From: an uncultured Methanosarcinaceae archaeon
Lineage (GTDB): Archaea > Halobacteriota > Methanosarcinia > Methanosarcinales > Methanosarcinaceae
Reading direction: 5' to 3'
Assembly: GCA_963727895.1 (NCBI GenBank)
Contig: CAVSHT010000013.1
Span: forward strand, 64,001 to 128,000
Length of the DNA stretch: 64,000 bases
Shown here: in pieces, positions 33,357 to 44,479 of the stretch
Numbering within the stretch: position 1 is the first letter of the stretch
How the letters are laid out: each line of letters begins with the position of its first letter
Notes under the pieces: generated by a model
Seen by the model: the letters and a program-made list of their open reading frames with translations, nothing else
What the model was told of the DNA's origin: nothing
Database searches by the model: none
Translations under genes and position numbers: made by a program

Positions 33357-34328
33357 TCAAATTTTTCCTATGGCTTCCAGACAGTTCTTTGCTTCTCTCA
33401 AAGGATAATCTCTGTAGTTTTTATTAGATTTAAACATTGCAATTCTCAGCATGCCATAAGCCATATAAAAAGGAAGAATTTTAGTTATTTTGTAGAATTC
33501 GTTTTCATCTTTACTGTAGTGTTTCAGAAAATGATGAATATAAGGTTCTGCTCTCTGACTCGATCCTTTCCTTGCAAAATAATATTTAAGTTCAGCACAA
33601 AATATCCCCAGATCACATACAAAATTTCCATGTTGAGATGAAAGTTCGAAATCCAGTAAAAATGGTTTTCCCTTGTGAAATACAAAGTTTATAGGAGTAG
33701 AATCGTTATGAATCATACAGCCGTTTTTTATATTCAGAAGGGAACTATGCCACCATTTTCCAAGCAGGCGTTTATATTCTTTTTTCATACATCGGCTGAT
33801 TTTGAGGTGATTCAAAACATAATGAATTTTTGAAAATTCGTTTTCTTTATCATAATATGTCTTAGTATTTTCGTGAAGCTTTCTAAGCATATCTGCTATA
33901 AGTTCTAACTTTTTCATAAGATCTTTCCTGTGTTTGAAATTCCAGAATAAAGGTTTTCCAGGCACATATTTACTAACCAGAACACAATTAAACTTTTTAT
34001 TTATTGCAATAGGTTCCGGGACATCAATTAGTTTTCTGGCTTTTTTAAAATCTTCAAATTCTTTCTTCATCAAACTATAACTATCATATTTTTTGATTAT
34101 TCCTGTAGGTATTGCAAAAAATTTGGCTATAACTGTTAGTTTTTCCTCTTTAAACTCATATTTACAGATCTGATGAGATGCATGACTGAGTTTAAAAATT
34201 CGAACTTCACAACTCTTATTATGTATTCTATCCCCAAGCACCTCTACAAGCCAGTCCCTAAAAGTATCACCTTGCTTCATTGTGCTAACATATTCAAAAG
34301 ATGCTACAAAACCCCCTCCTCCATACAT
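33357..34328 (-). CDS. Aminoglycoside/choline phosphotransferase-fold kinase
   Basis: VIAKFF, MIHNDSTPINF, LLDFELS, CDLGIF. Confidence 0.75.
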   Translation of the reverse strand: MYGGGGFVASFEYVSTMKQGDTFRDWLVEVLGDRIHNKSCEVRIFKLSHASHQICKYEFKEEKLTVIAKFFAIPTGIIKKYDSYSLMKKEFEDFKKARKLIDVPEPIAINKKFNCVLVSKYVPGKPLFWNFKHRKDLMKKLELIADMLRKLHENTKTYYDKENEFSKIHYVLNHLKISRCMKKEYKRLLGKWWHSSLLNIKNGCMIHNDSTPINFVFHKGKPFLLDFELSSQHGNFVCDLGIFCAELKYYFARKGSSQRAEPYIHHFLKHYSKDENEFYKITKILPFYMAYGMLRIAMFKSNKNYRDYPLREAKNCLEAIGKI

Positions 34329-34524
34329 TAATTGCTGTGGATCTTGATTAATGTAGCTATCAAGTAACAGTTTATACCTTAAAATAAATAAAAAAGTAAG
34401 ATTATTATAAAGGACAAGCAGAAAAGAATGTTGGGAAAAATTGTAAATATCGATATAGAATATCCAATTGATTGTAAATATCTACTGTAAATTAAATTAA
34501 GTCATAAAACATTTAATAGGTTTT

Positions 34525-35667
34525 TTAATCAAGTTTTTCAAATAAGGCAGGATACCTTTCTTTTAACTTTATGAATAGTTTTTCATCTAATTTTGCATTA
34601 TAAAGCGTTTTTACATTAGAAAACTGGTCAATTAATAAATGTTGAGCCCCTTCAAGATTTGCGTCCTTAAATTTAACCCCTTGAAGATTAGCATTTCTAA
34701 AGTTAACCCTTTGAAGGTCAGCTCCATTAAAATTAGCCCCATTAAGGTTAGCTCTTTGAAAGTTAACACCTTCAAGTTTAGCTTTTATAAGATTAGCTTC
34801 TTGAAGGTTAGCTCCCTGTAGATTAGCTTTTTGAAGCTTGGCTCTTATAAGTTTGGCTTTCACAAGTTTAGCTTTTATAAGTTTAGCTCCTTTGAGTTTT
34901 GCCTCTTCAAAGTTAGCTTCCTCACATTTAGCCTCCCTTAGATTTGCTTCTTTAAGGTTAGCTTTTTCAAGGTTAGCTTTTCTAAGATCAGCTTCCTTAA
35001 GGTTAGCCTTTCTAAGATCTGCTTCCTTAAGGTTAGCTCCCTGAAGATTAGCTCCTTGAAGTACTGCTCTTTGAAAGTTAGCTTCTTCAAGTTCAGATCC
35101 TTGAAGGTTAGCTCCCTGGAGGTTAGCTTTTTCAAGACCAGTTTTTTCAAGGTTAGCCCCTTTAAGGTTAGCCCCTTGCAGATTAACTTTTTCAAGATCT
35201 GCTCCTTGAAGATTTGCCTCTTGAAGATTCGCCTCTTGAAGATTTGCCTCTTGAAGATCAACTCCACAAAATGTAGCTCCTTGAAGTTTAGCTCTTTCAA
35301 GGTTTGCTTCTATAAATTCAGTCCTTTGCAGATTCGTTTCTTGCATATCAGCATCTTGTAGATTAGCTCCTTGCAGATTAGCTCCTTGCAGATTAGCTTT
35401 TTTAAGATTGACCCCTTGAAGGTCAGCTCCCTTAAGATTAGCTTCTTGAAGTTTAGCCCCCTTAAGATTAGCGTCTTTAAAATTAGCTCCTTGAAGGTCA
35501 GTTACCTGAAAATTCGCTTTCTCAAGGTTAGCTCCTTTAAAGTTAGTACCTTTGAGATTTGAACCCATAAAATTTGCTTTTTCAAGATTAGCTTCTATAA
35601 AGTTGGTTCCTTCGAGATTTGACCCTCGAAGATCTTTTTTATCATTTTCGTCCATAAAATCACTCAT
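34525..35667 (-). CDS. Pentapeptide-repeat protein
   Basis: About 65 A(N/D/K)LxG/E repeats with a helical C-terminal cap. Confidence 0.92.
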   Translation of the reverse strand: MSDFMDENDKKDLRGSNLEGTNFIEANLEKANFMGSNLKGTNFKGANLEKANFQVTDLQGANFKDANLKGAKLQEANLKGADLQGVNLKKANLQGANLQGANLQDADMQETNLQRTEFIEANLERAKLQGATFCGVDLQEANLQEANLQEANLQGADLEKVNLQGANLKGANLEKTGLEKANLQGANLQGSELEEANFQRAVLQGANLQGANLKEADLRKANLKEADLRKANLEKANLKEANLREAKCEEANFEEAKLKGAKLIKAKLVKAKLIRAKLQKANLQGANLQEANLIKAKLEGVNFQRANLNGANFNGADLQRVNFRNANLQGVKFKDANLEGAQHLLIDQFSNVKTLYNAKLDEKLFIKLKERYPALFEKLD

Positions 35668-35688
35668 TCAAACTTATATAAAATTTTA

Positions 35689-36428
35689 GGTATTGTTACT
35701 TAACTATATCTAGTTCTTTATTTCTGTATTTCATCAATAGAATAACCGAGTACTTTAGCATTTCAAGACTTTTTGTATAACACTTTGTCTTTCTTCTTAA
35801 TCTTGCTAGAAAATGTCTCAATATGCTGTTATATCCCTCAACTGTAAATGTTTCTGCTTTTGATTGAGTATGGATCTTTTCTGGAAGAAACTCTGCATAT
35901 GCCCTCCAGTGATCTGTCATCACTTCTCCAATCTCTTTTTTCTTCAATTTTTCCCAGAGTAGTTTTCCAGTTTCCGTTCCTCTGCTACCAAAAGAGCAGT
36001 TGATAAACTTTTTCCCAACTCTATCAACAGCAATCCAGATCCAGCAATATTTTTGTTGTTACCGATGTAAGTGTGCATCTCATCCATTTCAACAATAGAT
36101 ATCTCATTTTCGCTTTTTAGGTCCTCTAACTCCTGACCAAATTTCTTGATCCATCTTTGGACAGAAACATGACTCACCCCTAAAACTCTTCCTATTGAAC
36201 GAAAGCCCAATCCTTCAAGATAAAGTTGTAAAGCCTGTTTTTTAACAGAGACGGAAAAAGCAGTTGATTTTAGCTCTACTGTATAGTTATAACCACAATC
36301 AGAGCATTTGTACCGTTGACGCCCGCCAACTATACCATTATTTTTGTGACTGGAACTATTGCATCTGGGGCAGTTCATGAAGAAATATACTTTCTAATAG
36401 TATATAACTATGTTTAAGTATCAATGCC
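35689..36428 (-). mobile_element. IS1-family element (copy 3)
   Basis: Ends GGTATTGTTAC / GTATCAATGCC; InsA 35944-36378; InsB frame intact to 35696; no target duplication. Confidence 0.92.
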
Positions 36429-36768
36429 AAATAGAGTTTTGTAATGAACTTGATTTGGATTAATTAACTCAATAAAAGGTATATAAATTAGCACTAACTA
36501 ACATTAGTAATCTCAGATAATACCTTATTCTTGCCTCGTATTTAATTTATAAAAAATTAGAATTATTTGTATTTGAACAAATACTTTCACACTGCTAAAT
36601 CTGGATGTCTATGTCTTCAAATAAAAGTTTTCATTAAAAGGCTTTGTAGAAATCCACTAAATTCTATTTTTACCCAAAAAATATATAAAAAACAAGGGTT
36701 TAAAATTACTCTTTATTTTTTGTTCCTACAAAAAAAGGAGCATTTTTTATTTAATCAACTAAGTGTAT

Positions 36769-36902
36769 AAGCTTATCCCAAAACTGAAAATTGGTTTTCT
36801 GAGTTTCAAATATTGAGAAATCACTCACTCAATTTCTTTTCATCAAATATGGGTCTGAAATTTTTATTGATTTAAGAAGAAACAAGGCTTTGGGATGAGC
36901 TT
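36769..36902. mobile_element. MITE (134 bp), GAGCxxATCCCAAAA family
   Basis: TIRs AAGCTTATCCCAAA / TTTGGGATGAGCTT; internal similarity to 43859-43988. Confidence 0.7.
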
Positions 36903-36947
36903 CATATAAAAAAAGATAAAAAAGGAAACTTTTAGATATTCTCAGTT

Positions 36948-37547
36948 TCAGCTTTCCTCTACCTTTTGTCTTCCCATTTCAAAAGCCCTAAGATTCACTT
37001 CAACTGTTTTCTGTGGCACAAGAGCCTTAACACTCTCAAGCATAATTTCTTTTGAAATTGGAAGATGGCCTGAGACTGCCCCGACCATCACAACATTCAT
37101 CGCAAGCCTGTTTCCTGCCTCAAACGCCACCTCATCGGCATTAAAAGCTTTAACTATGTATTTTTGAGAAAGAAAATCAAGAATATCTGGGACTTCCGGG
37201 TATTTCGTAATGCCTGAGGTAACAGTTACAGGAATTATTGGCTGCGTGTTTACTATTACAATTCCGCCATCCTTCAGAAAATCGAGATATCTGACCGCTT
37301 CCATAGGCTCAAGAGCAAGCAGAATGTCTGCACCTTTTTTCGGGATCATGGAACCGTAATCATTTCCGACACGGATGTGGTTCACAACCGAACCTCCACG
37401 CTGAGCCATGCCGTGGGTTTCAGCAGCCCTGATAGGAAGACCTTCAGTAACTGCAGCCTTTCCAATAATGTCAGAGGCAAGGATTGCTCCCTGACCTCCT
37501 ACTCCTGTAATAAGGAGGTCAAGTTTCTTTGCATTATCTTGACTCAT
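36948..37547 (-). CDS. iorB: Indolepyruvate:ferredoxin oxidoreductase beta subunit
   Basis: GVGGQGAI, ETHGMAQRGGSV, NVVMVGA. Confidence 0.93.
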   Translation of the reverse strand: MSQDNAKKLDLLITGVGGQGAILASDIIGKAAVTEGLPIRAAETHGMAQRGGSVVNHIRVGNDYGSMIPKKGADILLALEPMEAVRYLDFLKDGGIVIVNTQPIIPVTVTSGITKYPEVPDILDFLSQKYIVKAFNADEVAFEAGNRLAMNVVMVGAVSGHLPISKEIMLESVKALVPQKTVEVNLRAFEMGRQKVEES

Positions 37548-39346
37548 TTCTTCACCTCCTTAATAGCATCACACTTACAGATCTGGGCACAGACACCACA
37601 CCCACTGCAAAGATTTGTTATTAAAGCATACTTCTTTTCCTCATTAAATTCTATTGCAGGGCAACCGAATTTAACGCACTGCTTACAGCCTTCGCATTTT
37701 TCAGGATCTATAAAATACGGAGTTAAACGTACACCTGCTCTTTTCCTTGAAATCACACAGGGCTGCCTGGTAATAACCACAGCTGTACCATTAAACTCCT
37801 TTGCCGCTTTAAAAGCTTCCTGAGTCTCTTCAAGCTTGTAAGGATCAACAATCGAGACAAATTCAGCACCCATTGCTTTGCAAAGTTCGGAAAGTGAAAC
37901 CTGTACTGTTTGTTCTCCTGTTGCAGTATAACCAACACCAGGATTTGGCTGGTGACCAGTCATGGCTGTAATGCGGTTGTCTAGAATAGTAACCGTAATA
38001 TTCGCTTTATTGACAATGGCATTCAGAAGCGAATTCATGCCTGAGTGGAAAAAGGTTGAGTCTCCTATAGAACAGCATATTGGACGCTTTTCCCCGGAAT
38101 GGTAAAGCCCTGAAGCAATGCTTATGCTTGAACCCATGCAGAGTGTTGTCTCAACAGTTCCGCTCTGAATTCCTAGAGTATAGCAGCCAATGTCGCTTGG
38201 GTAAATTGCATCATTTCCAAAGACCTTTTTCATTGAGTAAAACGTTGCCCTGTGAGAGCAGCCTGCGCAAAGGGAAGGAGGGCGGGGAGCAAGCTCAAGG
38301 GTAGCCTCTGATGATGTGGGTTTTGTATCCATCTCAAAAGTTTTCTTAAGCGCTTCAAGGAAAGAACTTACATTGAGTTCTCCTTCTCTTGGCACAAAAC
38401 CGTTGGTTTTCCCGAGAATAGATACTTCAATGCCGACTTCCTGTGCAATTATTTTTACCTGTTCTTCCACAATAGGTTCAAGTTCCTCGAACACAAGCAC
38501 GGTATCGACGTTTTTAAGTAGCTCAAGAATAAGCTTTCTTGGTACTGGATAAGCTCCAATTTTAAGGAAAGAAACCTCTAGTCCTAGCTCTACAAGTGCT
38601 TCTTTTGCATATACTGAAGCAATACCTGCACCTATTACTCCAAATTTAGCATCGGTTTTCAACTCAAGAGAGTTCCAGGGAGATTCGGCAAGGGCATCCT
38701 CAATAGGCTGCTGAATCGAAAGGACGTGAGTATGACGTGGACGGGCATTTTTTGGAAGCATAACCCAGCGATCAAGAAGCTTTTCAAAATGTGGAACAGA
38801 TTTCTCTACAGGGATTTCTCCAAGTTCAATATCAGATTTCCCGTGTGAAATTCTGGTTGTAGGCCTGAAGATTACAGGAACCTCGAATTTTTCGGAAAAT
38901 TCGAAAGCATAGGGAAGCATGTCCTTTGCTTCCTGAGGAGTTGAAGGATCAAAACAGGGTACAAGCGCAAACTGGGCATAACGCCGAGTATCCTGTTCAT
39001 TCTGGGAAGAGTGGCACGAAGGGTCATCGGCAACGATTGCTATCAGCCCGCCTTTTGTACCTGCGTATGCAAGAGTCATAAAGGGATCAGCTGCAACGTT
39101 TAGCCCGACATGTTTCATTGTCACTACAGAACGAACTCCTGCCCAGGCAGCTCCAACTGCAACTTCCATTGCAACCTTTTCATTAACAGACCATTCTACA
39201 TGGTAATCGCGGTTTTCTCGAGCTGCAAGCGTATCTATAATCTCAGAAGATGGAGTTCCGGGATAGCCTGAAAGAACCTGAACACCGCCTTCGAGAAGAC
39301 CACGCGCAATTGCAACGTTTCCAAGCATGTAATCATGAATTGTCAT
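37544..39346 (-). CDS. iorA: Indolepyruvate:ferredoxin oxidoreductase alpha subunit
   Basis: GYPGTPSSEI, NEKVA, MKHVGLNVAAD, RPPSLCAGCSHR, DIGCY, C-terminal ferredoxin domain. Confidence 0.95.
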   Translation of the reverse strand: MTIHDYMLGNVAIARGLLEGGVQVLSGYPGTPSSEIIDTLAARENRDYHVEWSVNEKVAMEVAVGAAWAGVRSVVTMKHVGLNVAADPFMTLAYAGTKGGLIAIVADDPSCHSSQNEQDTRRYAQFALVPCFDPSTPQEAKDMLPYAFEFSEKFEVPVIFRPTTRISHGKSDIELGEIPVEKSVPHFEKLLDRWVMLPKNARPRHTHVLSIQQPIEDALAESPWNSLELKTDAKFGVIGAGIASVYAKEALVELGLEVSFLKIGAYPVPRKLILELLKNVDTVLVFEELEPIVEEQVKIIAQEVGIEVSILGKTNGFVPREGELNVSSFLEALKKTFEMDTKPTSSEATLELAPRPPSLCAGCSHRATFYSMKKVFGNDAIYPSDIGCYTLGIQSGTVETTLCMGSSISIASGLYHSGEKRPICCSIGDSTFFHSGMNSLLNAIVNKANITVTILDNRITAMTGHQPNPGVGYTATGEQTVQVSLSELCKAMGAEFVSIVDPYKLEETQEAFKAAKEFNGTAVVITRQPCVISRKRAGVRLTPYFIDPEKCEGCKQCVKFGCPAIEFNEEKKYALITNLCSGCGVCAQICKCDAIKEVKK

Positions 39347-39725
39347 AATTAGCATCTCCATTATTAAAAGGAAAAAATACTGTTATGGTAACAGATTAAG
39401 TATATTATTATTGATTGAAGCCAGTAAACTTGAGTTTTGTCAAGTAACATCATAAATTGACGTTCAAGATAGGGAATTCAACAAGCAAAAGCTGTTGTCA
39501 GAGATCACTCAAAACTTTTACATTATTCAAATAACATGATCAATAATATACTTTCGGATAGTTTAGGGTGATTCTACTGCATGATAGGAAAACAGGCAGA
39601 GAAATAAATGAAAAACAAAAAATTTTGACTTAAATAAGGAATGAATGAAAGAAGTATAGTATAATCAAAGAAAATATAGTTTAATCAAAGAAAATTCTCA
39701 AAGAAAGCACTCAATGCCAAAATCA

Positions 39726-40532
39726 TTATAATAATTTAATTTTTTCAAGGAAGTTTGCAAGCTTTTTGATTTCACTCAGTTCAAAATTAAGTTCTTTGCC
39801 TTTAAGAGACGCTTTAAAAACTTCTCTTTCTTCTGGAATTTCAGCTACTATATTCTCAGAGTTCACTGAAGCCAGCATTTCATCTCTTATATCCGGTTCA
39901 ACTTTATTAAGCACAAAATAAACCTTGCATCCACACTGTGCACCGAACTCATGGAACTTATTTGATAGCCTGAGAGATTCGTAGGAAGGATCAACAACCA
40001 CCAGAATTAGGTCAAAGTCTTTATCAACTCCGCGCCCAAAGTGTTCAGTGCCAGCCTCTGTATCCACGATTACAATATCTTCTTTTCCCAGATCAAGATT
40101 CTCAAGAAACTCCCTTGTCAGAACTCCCATAGGACACGCACAGCCCTCTCCAAAGTCATGGATTTTTCCAACAGCCATCAGCTTGACTCCATTCTTTTCT
40201 TCAACAGATTCCGCTGGAATGTCGGAAAAATTCCCTCTCTTATTAAAAAAGCGGGATTGTTGTGCCGGCTTTGAAGTACTTCCATTGGCTGCAAGCCCCA
40301 AAAATTGCGTTTTTTTCGGGGAAGCCCTTTGTTTTTCCTTAAAGCCTTTTTTTCCTCCAAAATATCCCATAAGATCTTTTGGAGCAGCCATTCCTAACTG
40401 ACTGTGCAGCCCGTAATTGGACTCGTCAATATCAAGCACAAGCACATTTTTAGTTTTTGCCATTTCTTTTGCGAGGAGAGCCGAGATAGTACTTTTTCCG
40501 CTTCCTCCTTTCCCGCACACTGCTATTTTCAT
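39726..40532 (-). CDS. CooC/AcsF-type nickel-insertion ATPase
   Basis: GKGGSGKS, GEGCACP, DTEAGTEHFGRG. Confidence 0.85.
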   Translation of the reverse strand: MKIAVCGKGGSGKSTISALLAKEMAKTKNVLVLDIDESNYGLHSQLGMAAPKDLMGYFGGKKGFKEKQRASPKKTQFLGLAANGSTSKPAQQSRFFNKRGNFSDIPAESVEEKNGVKLMAVGKIHDFGEGCACPMGVLTREFLENLDLGKEDIVIVDTEAGTEHFGRGVDKDFDLILVVVDPSYESLRLSNKFHEFGAQCGCKVYFVLNKVEPDIRDEMLASVNSENIVAEIPEEREVFKASLKGKELNFELSEIKKLANFLEKIKLL

Positions 40533-41124
40533 GTCCAGTTCACCTACCTCAGTAATTTATTCTGCTGAATTAAAAACGCTTCCTTTTAACATCTTCTTTT
40601 CTGAAATCTTTTCTGAAAAATCGGATCAAAGAAAAGAGAAAAATAGTCTCCATAAAAAATATACTAATAGAAAGGACAACAAAATGATAGCCAGATAAAT
40701 ATGAGACTGGAAATCAAGAATGAATATAGGCACTGAAAAAAATTACCGTTTTTAAATGGAGATTAACAAATAGCCATGGAAAAGCAAAAGATATGAAAAC
40801 TTCTTTCCAGATGGCAGGTTGGAAATTTAAGGGGTGAGCGAATCCCCATAAAGAATTATAGGTTTTCAGTATATAATTGAATATGTTTTGATTTTTATGG
40901 CAATTCGTGTATTTGGGCTCTTCTTTCCTTTAATGAGTTTACAACCTGATTAAAAAGAACAATCTTTGTGCCTCAGAACTCATAGGGCTCATCATGAAAT
41001 CAGCAAAATTTTTCATCACAGGCACTCAATTGATATTTACACAATGTACACAATCAATATAAGAAGTACCTAAGAAGTATCTCTATAATAAAAAGGTCTT
41101 AAAAACCTGTCTTAACAAGGCTAT

Positions 41125-41790
41125 TCAATTTTTTCCCTTGATTTCTGCCTCAATTTCAGCAGCAATTTTGCGGGCAGCTTCTCTGGGGGACTCTGCTTTG
41201 TAAATGCTTCTTCCCACGATTACCCAGTCTGCACCTGCAGCAATAACATCAGATGCTTTTCCTCCCTGCACACCGACTCCAGGCGAGATTATAGTAAGTT
41301 TGTCACCGATAATTTTCCGAATATTTTTTACTCTTTCCGGTCTGGTCGCAGGGGCTACCAGGCCGAAAGATCCTGCGTCGACTGCCATCCTTGTAATTAC
41401 TTCTCCGACAGGCTGAAGGAATTCAGATCCTCCAGGGTGGCTCATTTCACTTACTACGAAAACACTTTTCTTGTACTCGGAAGCAACCTCAATACAGGCA
41501 TCAAGACTGTCACGGCCTGTAAAGCCCTGGGCAATGATGGCATCAGCTCCTGCCTTAAAGACCTGCTCGCAAATGAGGCGGTTGGTATTGGGGATATCTG
41601 CAATCTTGAAATCAGCTATTATTGGAGCGAATTTAGCAAGTTCCCTGACAATTCCAAGTCCGGTAGCAAGGACAAGAGGATAGCCCACTTTAATGGCATC
41701 TACAAATTCCGAGACATCTTCTGCAATTCTAAGTGCTTCTTTTCTATCGGTAACATCCAGAGCAAGAATCATACAGTTTTTTCTTTCCAT
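41125..41790 (-). CDS. pyrF: Orotidine 5'-phosphate decarboxylase
   Basis: [26 protein letters not shown]. Confidence 0.96.
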   Translation of the reverse strand: MERKNCMILALDVTDRKEALRIAEDVSEFVDAIKVGYPLVLATGLGIVRELAKFAPIIADFKIADIPNTNRLICEQVFKAGADAIIAQGFTGRDSLDACIEVASEYKKSVFVVSEMSHPGGSEFLQPVGEVITRMAVDAGSFGLVAPATRPERVKNIRKIIGDKLTIISPGVGVQGGKASDVIAAGADWVIVGRSIYKAESPREAARKIAAEIEAEIKGKN

Positions 41791-41794
41791 AAAA

Positions 41795-42748
41795 TCACCT
41801 CTTTGAAAGGCGCGTACGTACAGCCGCAACCATAAGGGGGAGAGTTATTGTTGCGTCTGCGTATACAGTTACAGCTTTTGCATTTTCTCCTACCTTTCCC
41901 CAGGATTGAGCTTCATCAAGGGTTGCTCCACTCAGGCCGCCGGTTTCAGGATGATCCATTGTTAACTGAATTGCATAGTCGAAAGATTTGGGAGTCACAA
42001 GCATGGACTGCAGGATATAGTTTTTGGGAACACCGCCACCAAGCAGCAGAGCCCCTGCACTTTCAGCGGCATAGCAGATTTCCATAAACTCATGCATATC
42101 AGCAAATGCGTCAACATGAAGAGGATTTCCTTCCTTGTAGAGCCAGGCCTGAAGCCCTATAACTGAATCCTGAAGAGCAGGGCAATACACAGGTACACCC
42201 ACCTCAGCTGCCGTTTTCAGGATTGAGGAATCATCATTGAGGTTCTTTCCTATTTCGGTAAGCACCTGCCGGATAGAAAGTTTTTCTTTAGGAAGCCCGG
42301 AATATACACTCTGCAAAAATTCCTCAAGGTCTGTAAAATGCTGATCAGGAAGATAAACATCGTAAATTCTGTCAATGCATTCATCCCTTAGCTGAATGTC
42401 GTTTGCACAGTCTGTTCCCTTATAATGGTGAAGGCCCAGAGCTTCAACAGTATCGTGTACCATATTGGCACCGGTTGTCACAAGAACATCGATATAACCA
42501 TCACGAATCAAATCAGCAACAATATTTCTCATGCCTGCAGGAGTCATTGCCCCTGCAAGCCCAAAAAATTTAGTAGTTTTCTCTGAAGCCAGCATTTCAT
42601 GGTAGATATCCACGGCTTTAGCCAGCCTGCCAGCTCCAAAGGCACAGCCTTTGTATTCCCTTACAAGCTCGTCAACACTCATATTGGGATTGATCTTTGC
42701 AGATTTTATTGGGGTTGAAAGTTTTTTGTTTGGAGTATTACAATCCAT
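41795..42748 (-). CDS. dys: Deoxyhypusine synthase
   Basis: [39 protein letters not shown]. Confidence 0.93.
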   Translation of the reverse strand: MDCNTPNKKLSTPIKSAKINPNMSVDELVREYKGCAFGAGRLAKAVDIYHEMLASEKTTKFFGLAGAMTPAGMRNIVADLIRDGYIDVLVTTGANMVHDTVEALGLHHYKGTDCANDIQLRDECIDRIYDVYLPDQHFTDLEEFLQSVYSGLPKEKLSIRQVLTEIGKNLNDDSSILKTAAEVGVPVYCPALQDSVIGLQAWLYKEGNPLHVDAFADMHEFMEICYAAESAGALLLGGGVPKNYILQSMLVTPKSFDYAIQLTMDHPETGGLSGATLDEAQSWGKVGENAKAVTVYADATITLPLMVAAVRTRLSKR

Positions 42749-42968
42749 TCAGTTTCCCTCATAAAAAGGTATGATAGGACCTATATTGAAAAGTATCAAT
42801 TTTAGATTATTTTGATCCGATATTGGATTACCTGAAATACATAGTATATGATAAACTTTCTCTTTGTACCTGCCTGCCAAAATATTACATACACGGTAAC
42901 TTATAGTGTCAGATTTGATACAATTACCTTATTTACAGATATTCTTAACTTTATATTAAACCTTAATA

Positions 42969-43082
42969 GGCTTTCGTAAAAAACTATCATAATCGGGTCC
43001 AAGAGACTGAAATAAAAAGAGTACTAGTATAAAGCTACTTATTTCAAATTAATAGATTTCGTTAGAGGATTCTACATGAGCC
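42969..43082. mobile_element. Degenerate MITE (same family as 1054-1185)
   Basis: GGCTTTCGTAAAAAAC ... GAGGATTCTACATGAGCC imperfect inverted ends. Confidence 0.4.
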
Positions 43083-43126
43083 AAAAAACAAAAGGCTAAG
43101 GATACCTTCACTGAAGTGAAGGCAAT

Positions 43127-43519
43127 TTACACGTATCCTGTAATATCCTGTCCTATTGGCGTGCTTTTTCTTATACACTCTTCCCCATAATTAATCATAT
43201 CTTTTAGTGCTTTTTTCAGTATTGAAGGATAGATCTGGCCCACTTGTTCCCATACAGGTTTTCCATCACAGAAAAACTTAAAGGTTGGCGTGCCCTGAAC
43301 TCCGTACCTTTCAGTAGTCCAGGGATTTGTTTCAATGTTAATACGAGCAAAAACTACAGAATTCTGGAATTCTCCCGCATAGTTCATAAAATAAGGTTCC
43401 ATAACTTTGCAATAGGGACAGGTAGAGCTGTAGAACATTACTATTACTGGTTTTTTAGAGGTTTCAACCAATTCTCCCCACGTACTATCTTCAATTTCGA
43501 TCACATTGCTTTCGTTCAA
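43127..43519 (-). CDS. Thioredoxin-family protein
   Basis: CPYC active site, YGVQGTPTF. Confidence 0.9.
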   Translation of the reverse strand: MNESNVIEIEDSTWGELVETSKKPVIVMFYSSTCPYCKVMEPYFMNYAGEFQNSVVFARINIETNPWTTERYGVQGTPTFKFFCDGKPVWEQVGQIYPSILKKALKDMINYGEECIRKSTPIGQDITGYV

Positions 43520-43858
43520 CCAATTACCCCCAAAGGTAGTAAATAAATAGAATGAGTTACTAAAAAATTAAGCCTGTTGAATTGATAATTCTATTTGATT
43601 TATATATCTATTTACTCCTCAGAGATACCAATCTCTGTTTATTAAATTAATATTCTTTACTTTTATAATATTAATGTTTATGCCTCATAAATTGATGGAA
43701 TTCTTCTATATGATAAATAGATTAAAAATATTCTAAAAGAATGAATTTTAAAAATATTCTAAAAAAGTCCATTTTGAAAAATATCCTGAAAGGATTATTT
43801 TTTAAAAAAGAGAATACTTCGATAGATAAAAAATAGATTAGTAATTAATATTATAAAT

Positions 43859-43988
43859 GAGCCGATCCCAAAACTCAAAATTGCGTATTTAGATCTTGAA
43901 TTTGCAATCATCACTTGAGCTTTGGATTATGACAGCAATACTGAAAATTTTATGATTTAGAGAATAAAGTTGGTTTTGGGATGGCCTC
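43859..43988. mobile_element. MITE (130 bp) with AAT target duplication
   Basis: TIRs GAGCCGATCCCAAAAC / GTTTTGGGATGGCCTC; AAT at 43856-43858 and 43989-43991. Confidence 0.8.
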
Positions 43989-43990
43989 AA

Positions 43991-44090
43991 TTAGTACTTA
44001 ATATTATAAATTAGTACTTAATATTATAAATTAGTACTTAATATTATAAATTAGTACTTAATATTATAAATTAGTACTCAATATTAAAAA
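43991..44090. repeat. 20-bp tandem repeat x5 (plus one unit at 43838-43857)
   Basis: TTAGTACTTAATATTATAAA units. Confidence 0.92.
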
Positions 44091-44131
44091 ATTCAAAAAT
44101 AGGGAGTTAAGTTTACAGATATGGGTCCCAT

Positions 44132-44479
44132 TTAGATTTTTTTGTCTGCATTCTCAGAAATCATTATTTCGGAAAAACATGTGCTACAGACATATCTGTC
44201 GTCAAGACATTTTTCGTTAAAGTCCACTTTAGGACCGCCTGGTTTTGTGGTTGCATCCCTGAAAACATAGAACTTTTCATTAAATTCTATTGGCTGACCA
44301 CATCTCGAACATACGAAAGGTGGATTTTTAATAGAATCAATTGCACATTCAATGCATATCAGATCGGACTTATCCCCGTGAACTTCTTTGAACTTTATTG
44401 GCTTCATATCCAAACTGGTATCCACAACCAGTACATCTTCCAGCAACTCCCTACCACAAATATTGCAGTAATCTTTCAT
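44132..44479 (-). CDS. Small protein with four CxxC motifs (two putative zinc fingers)
   Basis: GGAGG RBS; CNIC, CIEC, CSRC, CSTC. Confidence 0.75.
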   Translation of the reverse strand: MKDYCNICGRELLEDVLVVDTSLDMKPIKFKEVHGDKSDLICIECAIDSIKNPPFVCSRCGQPIEFNEKFYVFRDATTKPGGPKVDFNEKCLDDRYVCSTCFSEIMISENADKKI

